Shown here one piece after another: positions 21,701 to 34,333 of a stretch of 59,442 bases of DNA. Below the pieces are notes generated by a model. It did not search any database. It was not told where the DNA came from and was given only the letters and a program-made list of their open reading frames with translations. The position numbers were made by a program, and so were the translations under genes. The stretch comes from Hydrolagus colliei (Eukaryota): positions 624,559-684,000 of the forward strand of contig CM068774.1 in the NCBI GenBank assembly GCA_035084275.1. Reading direction: 5' to 3'. Numbering within the stretch: position 1 is the first letter of the stretch; each line of letters starts with the position of its first letter.

Positions 21701-24700
21701 TGCAGCTCGATCTTGTAACAGAACAAATGTTTGTAGTGTCAAATTGTGAAAGGAGAAGATGTAAAAAGGATATCAGGGCTCGGTGGGGGGTAGGGTTTGG
21801 TAGGGGAGAGAGAGAGAGCGGGGCTGGGCAGGGTGAATAAGCTGTAAGTTTAGAGGTGATATGGAGGGTAGAAGCTTCAAAGACGGTGAAGATGTCCTTT
21901 CATGTTTGTGGTATTGTATTCTGAAGTGAAAAGCTGTTATCTACCTACATTAAAAGGAAATACAGTACTTCAGTGAAGTGGGGAGAGCCCGAGCCTGGTA
22001 ATCAAACATTGCTTCAACATACAATCAATTACTTATTTGAATTAACTCTTTTCCCCCCACAATTTCTCAGTCCTCTCTCACTCCCAATCTTATAGTTTCG
22101 AGATTAGAGCTCGCACCTCGCAAGCGAAAGGACCTGGGTTTGCACGAAAATTAATAATATTAATAATAAAAATCCTTGCATTTGATGTCGTGCTTTTCAA
22201 CTCCTCTAGACATCTCAAATTGCTTCACAGTAATAATAATAATAATAATACTGTAAAGTGAATTGACGGTATATCTGTGGGCGAAACGCGGCAGCCAATT
22301 GCGCACAGCAGCGTCCCCCACAAAATAGTCGTGGATTGAAATGACCGATTTTTTTTGAGGGATGAATATTAGGTGTGTGTGTGTGTGTGGAGTAAGGAAA
22401 CCTGCCCTGCCTGGAACCGAACCCAGGGCTCTTGTTTGCAAGGCGAGTGCTCTAACCACAAAGCTGCAGGACTCCGGATTTCCTTACTCCACACGTGTCA
22501 GTTTACCCAGCAGTAAGGAACCCAGTTGTTAGTCGACTGGTGGGGGAAATAATCCCTACAAAAAATAAAAGTCACTCAGTCTACGAATTTTATGCGCTGC
22601 TGCTGTCTGTTCCCAAAGCCGTGTTTCACTTATCAAACACAGTATCTAACACACTTTACGATAAATTCTGCCAACAGCTTTGGGACGTCTAGAAGACGTG
22701 AAAAGCGCTGTATCACGTGCAAGGATTTTAATAATTATTATTATTGTTCATTTTACCCTACGTTTCGTGCTGCCCCGGAAATCGAACCCAGGTCCTCTCG
22801 CTCGCGAGCTCTAATCTCTAAGGATTGCGGGTGAGAGAGGACTGAGAAATTGTGGGTGAATCGCAAATTAATTTATGAAGCGCTTTGAGATGTCTGAACC
22901 GTGTTAAAGCGCGATATCAAATGCAAGGATTATTGCCATTAATCATGTCTACTACAAATGAGGCTTTTAGAGAAGAGCAGCACCACCTGGCGGATAATAA
23001 GAATAATACTTTGATATCGCGCTTTTCACGTCTTCTAATCATAAAAGAGTCACGAGTCATTGCGGAGTCCTGTAGCTCAGTGGTTAGAACACTCGCCTCG
23101 CAAGCGAGAGACCTGGGTTCGATTCAGGCAGGACAGGGCCAAACCTTGGGTAAGTTTCCTTACTCCACACGTTGAATAATAATCCCAGAATAAAACATAT
23201 AAAACAAATAAAACTGGATCCTGTTTGCAACGCTCTCAATTCCTCTCACGCTACACAGTTTTAGTTGGTTAGACTCCAGCAGCACTCCAGAGCTTGCAGT
23301 TGCCAATCTGTGCCTCTTATTTTCCTGTTTTACTAATACTACAAAATAATAATCCTTGCATTTGTTATAGCACTTTCCATGTCGTCTTGATGTCTTAAAG
23401 CGCCTCACAGAATATACTGTAAAGCAAATTCATAGAATCATAGAATTTTACAGCACAAAAGGAGGCCATTTGGCCAATCTAGTCTGTGCCGGCTCTTTGA
23501 AAAGAGCAACTCAATCCCACTGCCCCGCGCTCTCCCCATAACCTAACAGACCCGCTCTTCCTAAATAAAGATCTAGTTCCCTTTTAAAAGCCGTTATGGA
23601 ATCTATGGGCCTCTATTTTCCTAATAAGCCTCTCATGCGGCACTTTGGCAAATGCCTTTTGAAAGTCATTTGAAAGAAATTGACTGTAGATTTGTGGGCG
23701 AAACGCAGCAGCCAATTGCGCACAGCAGCGTCCCCCACACACAGCCGTGGATTGAAATAATCAATTTATTATTGTTGGGGGTTTTTTAGGGATTATTATC
23801 AGCCGTGTGGAGTAAGGAAACTTGCCCAAGGTTTGGCCCTGACCTGTCTGGAATTGAACGCATGTGTGTCAGAAGCCTGGCTGACCAAATGAACATCAGC
23901 TACTGTCTTACATTTTTGCCCCAAAAGATTTAATCAATTCATTTTACAGCGTATTCTGTGAAGCCCTTTGAGATGTCTTGGAGACACAATAAGTTGCTTT
24001 ATCTTAATATATTGAATCTTGTAAGGTTAGAGCACTCAACTTACAAGCGTGAGACCTGTGTTCGAATCTAGGCAGGTCAGGGCGAAACCTTGGGCACGTT
24101 TCTTTATACCACACGCCTAATAATAATCGGTCCCCCAAAAAACCTTTAATAAATTGGTATAGAATAAAATATACAATCAATTCACTTTACAGTATATTGT
24201 GTGAAGCGCTTTGAGACGTCTAGAATATGTGAAAACAACAACAACAACAACAACAACGATTTGTATAGCGCTCTCCACGCCGGATGGCGCCTCAGAGCGT
24301 CTCAGAAAAGCACTAAAGCAAAATGCAAGGATTATTATTAATATGCTCTCTGGTGATAATAATTGCTTTCAAGTGCGATAAATTTCTCCCCTCTCTTCCT
24401 CCCTGACTTTACAATCAATCAATCAATCAATCAATCAAAACTTGCATTTATATAGCGCCTTTCAGGTCGAGAGGACATCCCGAGGCTCTGTACAGTCAGG
24501 TAGGGGCAAGAGCAGGTGGGGAGGTGTCTGGGCAGGATGAAGGAGAGTAGGAAAATTGACTGTATATTTGTGGGTGAAACGCGGCAGCCAAATTGCGCAT
24601 AGCAGCGTCCCACAAACAGTCGTGGAAGTGGGATTAAGGGAAAAAGTTGGGAAAGATGGCAAGGGGAGGGGTCGGAGGAGGGGGAAAAGGAGCAGGAAAG

Positions 24701-25267
24701 CCGACTGTATATTGTGGGCAAAATGCGGCAGCCAAATTGCACACAGCAGTGTCCTACAAAGTGGGGTCGGGGGAGAAAGGGGGAAAAGAGGGTAAGGGGG
24801 AAAGGGGGAGAGGGAGGGAAAGGTGGGGTAAAGTCCTGCCCAGACCCCTCCCACCGCGTTCTTATCCCTACCTGACTGTACAGCACCTTGGGACATCCTC
24901 TCCACGTGAAAGACGCTANNNNNNNNNNNNNNNNNNNNNNNNNNNNNNNNNNNNNNNNNNNNNNNNNNNNNNNNNNNNNNNNNNNNNNNNNNNNNNNNNN
25001 NNNNNNNNNNNNNNNNNNNNNNNNNNNNNNNNNNNNNNNNNNNNNNNGTTGGGTGGTGGATGGGGTGGTGGGTGGGGTGGTGGGTGGGTGGGGTGGTTGG
25101 TTGGTTGGGAAGGCGTTATATGAAATCCAAGGATTATGATTTTAATTCAATCCTGTGAAGCATTTCACGATATTCAGAATTATAGGTATTGTTACTATCA
25201 TTGTTGCTGTCAGTGCAATCACTCATAATATTATAACTGTTATAATTGTAATTCTCACTGCCCACAG

Positions 25268-25363
25268 CACCACAGCCTCAACAGCCATCTCACCCACATC
25301 TCAAGCATGTCCTCCTGGGTGTCTCCACTCTGCTGGTGCTGCTTGTAGCTTTTGCTGTACAAA
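25268..25363 (+). CDS. Type II C-type lectin, transmembrane exon
   Basis: Acceptor ctcactgcccacag, donor GTAAGT; 96 nt, phase 1-1. Reads PQPQQPSHPHLKHVLLGVSTLLVLLVAFAVQ. Confidence 0.75.
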
Positions 25364-26469
25364 GTAAGTTGTGTGAAAGTGTTTCTCATTACAGTATGGA
25401 ATCTGTTGGGGGGGGGGTGTGTTTGCCAGTGTTTTGCAGTAGGAAAACGTGAGGGGCGTCAATTAGACTAAAGTAAACAATGCGATGTGGCTAAAGCTGG
25501 TGTAAGTATGTGAGGCACAAGAACAATGTGGGAAATATACTTGGGTTCAGGTTGAGGCATGAACTGCGCAAGGCGTCCTTTAGAATAGCAGATAGAGAAC
25601 TCATCATGTGGCTGTGAGGAGCTGGGTTCGATTCCCAGGTGAAGCGAAACCTGAGGCAAGTTTCCTTACTCCACATGTTTGTGAGTCAATTAGCGAATCA
25701 CTTTCGGGGCCTAATATTCCCTTCAAATAAATAAATAAATAAATAAGTAAACTAATTTGGTCATTCATTCCATGACTGATTGGGAGACTCCGCTGTGTGC
25801 ATTTGGTGGCCGTCTCTTGCCCACAAAACAAACAGCCAAATACTGTACCCCCTGTGCATTGCTTTGGCACATCTCAATGACATCTAGTGCTCTCTCAAAT
25901 GTAAAAATTTATGTTATTATTAATATTCCTGATCAACTTTATTTATGTAGACATGTTGATATCTAGAACTGAATCCACTTTCCTTACATGTACTTTCTTG
26001 TGAAACCCCCAAACCCTGCCTGTACACACCCGAATCCTCTCCACAGACGTGATAGATATACCTGTTGTGGCTGTCTATACCGCACAGAGGTCAGAGATCA
26101 TCATGGCTTCTAGGGCTCAGTTACCCACTTTGTAGGCTTGCAGCTTCCTGAGAGAAGTGTAATCTCCCCCCACTCTCTCTCTGCCACCCTTGAGTTGTCC
26201 GACATCCTACCCCTCTGGTCCGCTCTAAACAAACTACCCAGTGGTTACACCTTTCGCCTTACAAGTGTGAGACCAATAATAATAATAATAATTCACCCAC
26301 AAATATACAGTCAGTCTCCTTTATCCTGTCTCGAGCCTTCCCACCTGCTCTTGTCCCTACCTAACTGTACATTGCCTTGGCACGTCTTCTCGACATGAAA
26401 GGCGCTACATAAACGCAAGTTTTGATTGATTGATTGATTGATTGATCGATTGATTGATTGATCCCCAAA

Positions 26470-27690
26470 TAGTGATCACAGCATAGCACAAGATATTAAT
26501 CAAGGAATTAGAGGAGTATGTAGCAAAGGTAATACACTAATTGTGGGTGATTTTATTCTTCACATAGATTGGAAAAACCAAATCGGCAACAGTAGGTTTG
26601 AGGAGGAGTTTATAGAATGTGTGGCTGCTGAGGAACCAACTAGAGGACAGGCCATCCTGGACGTGGTTTTGTGTAACGAAACAGGGCTGGTCGGTAATAT
26701 AGATATTAAGGCTCCTCTAGGGCAGAATGATCAGAATATGATAGAATTCAGTAATAAGTTAGAGAGTGATGTAGTTAAATCCAAAGCAAGGATCTTAAAT
26801 TGAAATAAAGCTAACTTTGCAGCTACGAGGGAAGAAATAGTTATATAGACTGGGGAATTAGATTAATTCCCTTGAGGAATAAGAGTACAGGGAAAGCAAT
26901 TCATCCATGGCTAACTAAAGCAGTTAGGGAAAGTATAAAATTATTTTTTAGACGGGGAGAGACTAAATAGTGTTAGTGTTCAGAGGGACTTGGGTGTCCT
27001 TGTACACCAGTCACAAAACTTTGTCTGCAGGTACAGCAAGCAACCAGGAAGGCTAACGGTATGTTGGCATTCAGTATAAAATGGTTAAGAGTATAAGAGT
27101 AGGGAAGTCTTGCTGCAGCTGTATAGATGCACCTGGAATACTGTGTCCAGCTTGGGTCTCTCCTTATTTAAGAAAGGATGTGCTCACCTTGGAGGTGGTA
27201 CAGCGTAGATTCACTAGGTTGGTTCCTGGGTTGAAGGGAATGAGTTATGAGGAGAGGTTGAGCAACCTAGGCCTATAATTCTTTAGAGTTTAGACGAATG
27301 AGAGGTGATCTTATAGAAACCTATAAGATTATTAAGGAGCATTACAGAGTAGATAGTGGGAGACTGTTTCCCCAAGTTGGAGAATCTATATCCAGGGGTC
27401 ACATGTCTTAACATTAGGGGTCAGCCCTAAGAGTTAAGAAAAAATGTCTTCACTCAAAGGGTAGTGAATTGATGGAATTCTCTATCCCCAAAGGGCTGCA
27501 GATGCTCAGTCAGTCGTTGAATTTATTCAAGACTGAGATTGATAGATTTCTTGTGAATAAAGGTATTAAGGGATAAGGGGATAAGGCGAGTAGGTAGAGT
27601 TAGAATAGATCAGCCATGATCTTATTGAATGGCGGGGCAGGCTTGAGGGCCGAATGGCCTATTCCTGCCCCTAATTCTTATGTTCTTATG
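26470..27690 (+). mobile_element. Older, internally deleted CR1 LINE
   Basis: GDFILHIDW (endonuclease) followed by C-terminal remnants; tail ttcttatgttcttatg. Confidence 0.85.
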
Positions 27691-27933
27691 TACGATTACC
27701 CTCTTCTCTATCCTTCCTCCACAGTTCCCTCTCCTCTATCTTTGACTTCCTCACCCCCCCCTCACCTCCTCAACTGCTCCCTATTGCCGTAAATCCCCCT
27801 GGTACACCAGCCACCTCTGAACCCTTAAGGCGCAAGTGTGAGCTGCCGAATGACGCTGGACAAACTCAAAATTAACGGTCCAACAGCAAATTTGACTACA
27901 TCACACCAAGGCCTACCCTAGCCTCTGCCAAAT

Positions 27934-30446
27934 CATAGAATCATAGAATCATAGAATTTTACGGCACAAAAGGAGGCCATTCGGCCCATCTAGTCTGTGC
28001 CGGCTCTTTGAAAAGAGCGATTCAATCCCACTGCCATGCCCGCTCCCCATAGCCTAATAGACCCGTTCTCCCTAAATAAAGATCTAATTCCCTTTTAAAA
28101 GTTGTTATCGAATCAGCCTCCACCACCTTTTCAGGCAATGCATTCCAGATTCGAACAACTCGCTGAGTGAAAAAATTTCTCCTCAGCTCCCCTCTACTTT
28201 GCCTTGAAACTATTTTAAATCTGTGACCACGAGTCACAGATTCACCCACGAGTGGAAATAGTTTTTCTCTATTTGCCCTGTCGAAACCCCTCATGATCTT
28301 ATAAACCTCTATTAGGTCTCCCCTCAATCTTCTCTGCTCCAGAGAGAATAACCCTAGCCTATCTAGCCTCTCCTCATAGCTGAAGTCCCTCAATCGTGGC
28401 ACCATCCTAGTAAATCTTCGTTGTACCCTTTCCAATGTCTTCACATCCTTTCTGTAGTGTGGTGACCAGAATTGAACACAGTATTCCAGCTGAGGCCTCA
28501 CCAAAGTCCTATAGAGGTTAGTCAGCACTTCCTGACTTTTGTACTCTATACCCCTATTTATAAAGCCTAGTATCCCATATGCCTTCTTAACAGCCTTGTC
28601 TACCTGTCCTGCCACCTTCAACGAGTCACTAACACAAATCCCCAGGTCTCTCTGTTCCTTTACACCATTTAAAATTGTACTATCTAGCCTATATTGCCTC
28701 CCTTCATTTCTTCTCCCAAAATGCATCACCTCACATTTCTCTGCATTAAACTTCATCTGCCATGTGTCTGCCCACTTTACCAATTTGTCTATATCCTCTT
28801 GCAGATGGCTACTATCCTCCTCACTATTTACTATTCTCCCTAACTTAGTGTCATCTGCAAACTTGGAAACTGTACTCCGTACACCCAAGTCCAGATCATT
28901 GATGTAGATTACAAACAGCAATGGTCCCAAAACCGATCCCTGTGGCACACCACTGCTCACTTCCCTCCAGTCTGAAAAACAGCCGCTCACTACAACTCTC
29001 TGCTTTCTGTCTCGCAGCCAGTTGTGGATCCACGCTGCCACTGTCCCTTTTACGCCATGGGCCTTTAATTTCATAATAAGTCTCTCATGTGGCACTTTGT
29101 CAAATGCTTTTTGAAAGTCCATGTAAACTACATCAACTGCGCTACCATTATCCACCCATTCCGTTACCTCATCAAAAAATTCTATCAGATTTGTAAGGCA
29201 AGATTTGCCTTTAACAAATCCATGTTGACTGTCCTTTATTAGCCTATATCTTTCTAAGTGAAGATCTACCTTGTCCCTGATTATGGACTCTGGAAGTTTG
29301 CCCACTACCGACGTTAGACTGACTGGTCTGTAGTTACCAGGCTTGTCCTTCTGCCCCTTTTTATACAAGGGAGTAACATTAGCTATCCTCCAGTCCTCTG
29401 GCACGACCCCTGTGTCCAAGGAAGATTGAAAGATCGTGGCCAGAGTCCCTGCTATTTGCTCCCGTGCCTCACTTAGTAACCTAGGGTGCATCCCATCCGG
29501 ACCAGGTGACTTATCCACCTTGAGCAACGTCAACCTTTTTAGAACTTCCTCTCTGGTTATAATTATTCTATCCATTTCTCCTACCCTCTCCTCTAATACC
29601 ATGGCATTGGCTGTATCATTTTCTTTTGTGAAGACAGAGGCGAAGTACTCATTCAGTACATCAGCCATGCCCTCTGCCTCCACAATGAGATTTCCTCCTA
29701 GGTCCCTAATTGGCCCCACCCTCTCCTTGACCAACCTTTTACTCTTAATATGTTGGTAAAAAACCTTAGGGTTCCCCTTAATCTTACTCGCTAATTGTTT
29801 TTCATGCAGTCTCTTTGCCCCTCTAACTTCCTTTTTTAGTTCTATCCTACACTTCCTATATTCTGCTTTGTTCCCTTCTGAATTTTGAGCCTGACACTTA
29901 TAATAAGCCTCTTTTTTTTGTTTTATTTTGGCCCCGATTTCCTTAGTCATCCAGGGAGGTTTGGATGCCTTACATTTCACCTTTGTGGGGATGCTTTTGA
30001 CCTGTGCCTGAACTATCTCCTCTTTGAACGCTGCCCACTGCTCGTTAGTTGGCTTACCTGCCAATTTTTCTTTCCAATCCACCTTGGCTAGGTCCCACCT
30101 CAACTCATTGAAATTAGCCCTTTTCCAGTTGAGTGTCCTCACCTGTGATTGTTCCTTATCCCTTTCCATAATTATTCTGAATCTAACGATATTGTGGTCA
30201 CTATTCCCTAGATGCTCACCTATAGAAACCTGTTGAACTTGCCCTACCTCATTTCCCAAAACTAGATCCAGCAATGCTTCTTTCCTCGTTGGACTGGAAA
30301 CATACTGATCAAGAAAGTTGTCCTGCACACACTTCAGGAATTCTTCTCCCTCCTTGCCCTTTACTCTACTATTCTGCCAGTCTATGTTGGGATAGTTGAA
30401 GTCACCCATTATCACTACTCTATTAGCTCTGCATTTCTCCGTGATA
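27934..30446 (-). mobile_element. Young 5'-truncated CR1 LINE
   Basis: (ATTCTATG)n tail at ~27934-27957, 3' UTR, and uninterrupted ORF2. Inserted into an L2 fragment whose uninterrupted twin lies at 31810-32200. Confidence 0.97.
28022..30446 (-). CDS. CR1 ORF2 (partial endonuclease, complete reverse transcriptase, C-terminal domain), ~807 aa open
   Basis: GDFNYPNIDW, DHN, KSPGPDG, GNYRPVSLTS, KAFDKVPH, GVPQGSVLGPLLF, FADD. The Met at 30508 in the ORF track comes from flanking L2 DNA. Confidence 0.95.
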
Positions 30447-31176
30447 CTCCCATTACACCAAATTAATCTTGGAGGCGAAGGACACTCCCAGGCTCCTTTT
30501 CTCTCCAATAACCACCTCCTCCGCCCACCCTCCTATGCCTCACCCATCCTATCCTCCGACTTCAACTGCGAGGAGATGCTGGACTTCCTCGAATCAAAAA
30601 TCGAGGGAATTACTTCAGCCACCTCTACACCATCCTCCATTACCTCCCCACTACCTCTCCCCCGGGATCCATCTCCCTGCCACCCCCCCACTACATACCT
30701 TCCATCCCCCTTACGTCTCTGACCTCCTCTCTCCTCAACACAGCTCCCGTTGCCTTCGCTCCACTGGGTCTGGCCTCCTCCGTGTCCCCGAATTCTCCAT
30801 TCCACCCTCGGTGGCCGTGCCTTCAGCCACTATTCCCCGAAGTTCTGGAACTCCCTCCTTCACTCCCTGCCCCTCGCCCCCTCTCTTCCCAGCTTCAGGT
30901 CACAGCTGAAGACCTTTCTCTTCGACCACGCCTTTCGTCACGTTTCTCCCCCTGCCCCCAGCTCGGGCCCGGGAGCCGCTATTGTGAAGCTCTCTGAGAC
31001 ACCATCTGGCTTGGAGGGCACTATGTAAATTGAAGTTGTTGTTGATGTTATCGTTGTTCCACCCTATCTCTCCCCACGCCCTCTCTGCTCTTTTTTTCTG
31101 ATGAGTATGTTAGACCATCACAAGTAGTGAAATGTCAGAGATATGCACTAAAGCTTTGCCTCCATTTCTATTAAAG

Positions 31177-31227
31177 CCAATCAAATCCTCAATCAACTGT
31201 CAGATCTGAAGATGGACAAGCAAAACA
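31177..31227 (+). CDS. C-type lectin neck exon, copy 1
   Basis: Acceptor tttgcctccatttctattaaag, donor GTAAGT; 51 nt, phase 1-1. Reads (T)NQILNQLSDLKMDKQN. Confidence 0.8.
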
Positions 31228-31724
31228 GTAAGTTATTCCATCACAAGTAGAGTTGTTGTCAATGGCAAACTCCAAAACAAAGAGAAGCAAGACACATTGA
31301 AATCTAGTGTTATTGGGATAGATCAAAGAAAATAGACCTTGAGTCATTATTTTTTTCCAGAATAGCAGTCTGGGATGCGTGTGGTAATTCATGAACCATC
31401 ATGTCCTCTCCTGAATCAGGTTCCACAAGTACATCATGACCCAGCACCATCCCTCTCTCCCCCACACCCACCCCCTCCACCCCCAGGACACGGCACGAGG
31501 GTTCATTGTCCTCACTTTCAAAGCCCACCAAAGTCTTGCCCCATGGCACTTCCATGACTGTTTGTGGGACACTGCTGTGTTCAATTTGGCTGCCCCATTT
31601 CACCCACAAATATACAGTCTCCTTCATCCTGCCCTGACCCCTCCCTGCCTGCTCTTGTCCCCACCTGACTGTACAGCGCCTTGTACTCTCGACGTGAAAG
31701 GTGTTATATAAATGTAACTGTTGG

Positions 31725-31776
<52 letters not shown>

Positions 31777-32340
31777 CTGGCTGGCTGGCTGGCCTGATCT
31801 GCTCCCTTCTGTCGTAAATCCCCCTGGTATACCAGCCACCTCTGAACCCTTAAGGTGCAAGTGTGAGCTGACGAATGAGGCTGGACAAAATCAAAATTAA
31901 TGGTCCACCAGCAAATTTGACTGGATCACACCAAGGCCTACCACTCCACCCTAGGCTCCGCCAAGTCCTCCCATTACTCCAAATTAATCTTCAAAGTGAA
32001 GGACACTCCCAGACTTCTTTTCTCCACTACTAACCACCTCCTCCACCCACCCTACTATGCTTCACCCATCCTATCCTCCAACTCCAACTGCAAGGAGATG
32101 CTGGACTTCTTCAAATCAAAAATGGGGTGAATCAGTTCAGCCACCTCTACACCATCCTCCATTACCTCCCCACTACCTCTCCCCCAAGATCCATCTCCCT
32201 GCCACGCACCACTACATACCATCCACCCTATCTCTCCCCACTCCCTCTCTGCTCTTTTTTTCTGATGAGTATATAAGTCCATCACAATTATTGAAATGTC
32301 AGAGATATGCACTAAAGCTTTGCCTCCATTTCTATTAAAG

Positions 32341-32391
32341 CCAATCAAATCCTCAATCAACTGTCAGCTTTGAAGAAGGACATGCAAAACA
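32341..32391 (+). CDS. C-type lectin neck exon, copy 2
   Basis: Identical splice sites; 51 nt, phase 1-1. Reads (T)NQILNQLSALKKDMQN. Confidence 0.8.
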
Positions 32392-32589
32392 GTAAGTTAT
32401 TCCATCACAAGTAGAGTTGTTGTCAATGGCAAACTCCAAAACAAAGAGAAGCAAGACACATTGAAATCTAGTGTTATTGGGATAGATCAAAGAAAATAGA
32501 GCTTGAGTCATTATTTTTTCCCAGACGGGAGTCTGACGCATGTGGAAATCCATCAACCATCATGTCCTCTCCTGAACCAGGTTCAACAA

Positions 32590-33080
32590 GTACATAGATT
32601 CACTAGGTTAGTTCCTGGGATGATGGGACTGACCTTTGAGGATAGGTTGAATAAACTAGGGCTATATTTTCTAGAGTACAGAAGAATTAGGGGGGATCTT
32701 ATTGAAACATATAAGATTCTTAAAGAGCTGGATAAAGTAGACACTGAGGGACTGTTTCCCCTGGTGGGAGAATCTATAACCAGGGGTCACAGTCTTAAAA
32801 TTAAGGGTCAGCCTTTTAGAACAGAGTTGAGGAAACATTTCTTCACTCAGAGAGTAGTGATTTTATGGAATTCAGTACCCCCAAAAGGCTGTAGATCCTC
32901 AGTCCCTGAACATTTTCAAGGCTGAGACTGATAGATTTGAAAAAAAAATAGAGGGTTTAGGGGATATGGGGATAGGGCAGGTAATTAGAGTTAGGTCAGA
33001 AGATCAGCCATGATCTTATTGAATGGCGGGTCAGGCTCGAGGGGCCAAATGGCCTACTCCTGCTCCTAATTCTTATGGTC
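32590..33080 (+). mobile_element. CR1 3' fragment (older subfamily)
   Basis: RFTRLVPGMMGLTFEDRLNKLGLYFLEYRRIRGDLIETYKIL. Confidence 0.9.
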
Positions 33081-34181
33081 TTGCATCGTTGCCCAGCACC
33101 ATTGCCTCTATCCTCACCCCCACCCCCACCCCCGGGACAGCATACGAGGGTACATTGTCCTCACTTTCAAAGTCCACCACAGTCCCATGGTACATCTGGG
33201 ACCAGCTGAATCCCTAACGAACTGGCTATGCCATTCAGTCAGCAGGCAATAGCAGCTAAAACCTTGGGCAAGTTACCCCACATGCCCACTAATAAACTCT
33301 CATGAAAAAATCCACTACTGTTGTGTGACACTGCTCTGTACAATTGGCTGCTGTGTTTTTCCCACAAGTATACAGTATACAGTGTGGGTGGAGTGAAGTG
33401 AAACTGAATGAGAAGGGAGCCAGTGTGGAATCTCCTATGTCCTGTTTGACTCTCAACTGCCTTTTAATCCCTCAACCAGTTCAGTGCCTCTCCCCCATCT
33501 CAACAACATTGCGCTTCTCCACCATTACCTCTCCTCTTGGGTTACCAAGACCCTAATCTGTGCATTGATCATATTCAACATCAACTCTCTGCATGCTGGA
33601 CTTCCCAACATTTCCCTCCACAAGCTACAGACCATTCGGAAGTCTGAAGCTCATGTCCTCTCCAGAACCAGATACCACAAGTACATCATCGCCCAGCTCC
33701 ACAGGTTCCCCCACACCCACTACTGCCTTCCGCCACCCCCACAATACCCATGAGAAGACATTGTCCTAATTTTCAAAGCCCAGCACAGTCTTGCACTACT
33801 GTTTGTGTGACACTGCTGTGTTTTGCCCACAAGTATACAGTGAATTCACTTCATGGTATATTCTGTGAAGCACTTCTAGAAGTTAGAAAAAAACGTGAAA
33901 AATACTATATCAAATAAGGATTATTATTATTAATGTGAGAGCCACTCAATAATTTTTCCGATGAGTACATTAGTCCATCACAAGTAGGGATTCCATTTCA
34001 ACAATCTGTCACTGTAATATAGGTGGGGTACATGGAATTCTCAGCTTGGTTTAGATATTCTTAAGCATGGTAATTGGTTCTAGAAAATTGTATGGGGGAA
34101 ACATAGGAGAAAATTATTATTATTGTCAAATGTAAAGATTATTATTCCTGTGGAAATAATGACTGATTCTTCTCTGTGCAG

Positions 34182-34333
34182 GGCAGGCTTGTACCCGAGT
34201 CCCCGGTCAGTGGATTTACTTCAAGAATTCCTGTTATTATCTTTCATCAAATGAAGTAGATTGGCAAACCGCTCAGAAACAGTGCAAGTCATACAAGTCC
34301 AGCCTTGTGGTCATCAATTCAGAAGAGGAGCAG
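34182..34333 (+). CDS. C-type lectin domain exon 1
   Basis: 152 nt, phase 1-0. Reads QACTRVPGQWIYFKNSCYYLSSNEVDWQTAQKQCKSYKSSLVVINSEEEQ; donor GTAAGA. Confidence 0.93.

Noticed and set aside
26047-26089. 43-nt candidate exon between the lectin TM and neck exons
   Set aside because: Not a multiple of 3; it would shift the frame.
28022-30508. 828-aa ORF as a host gene or complete autonomous LINE
   Set aside because: It is CR1 ORF2 truncated inside the endonuclease; the first ~21 residues come from flanking L2 DNA, and ORF1 and the 5' UTR are absent.
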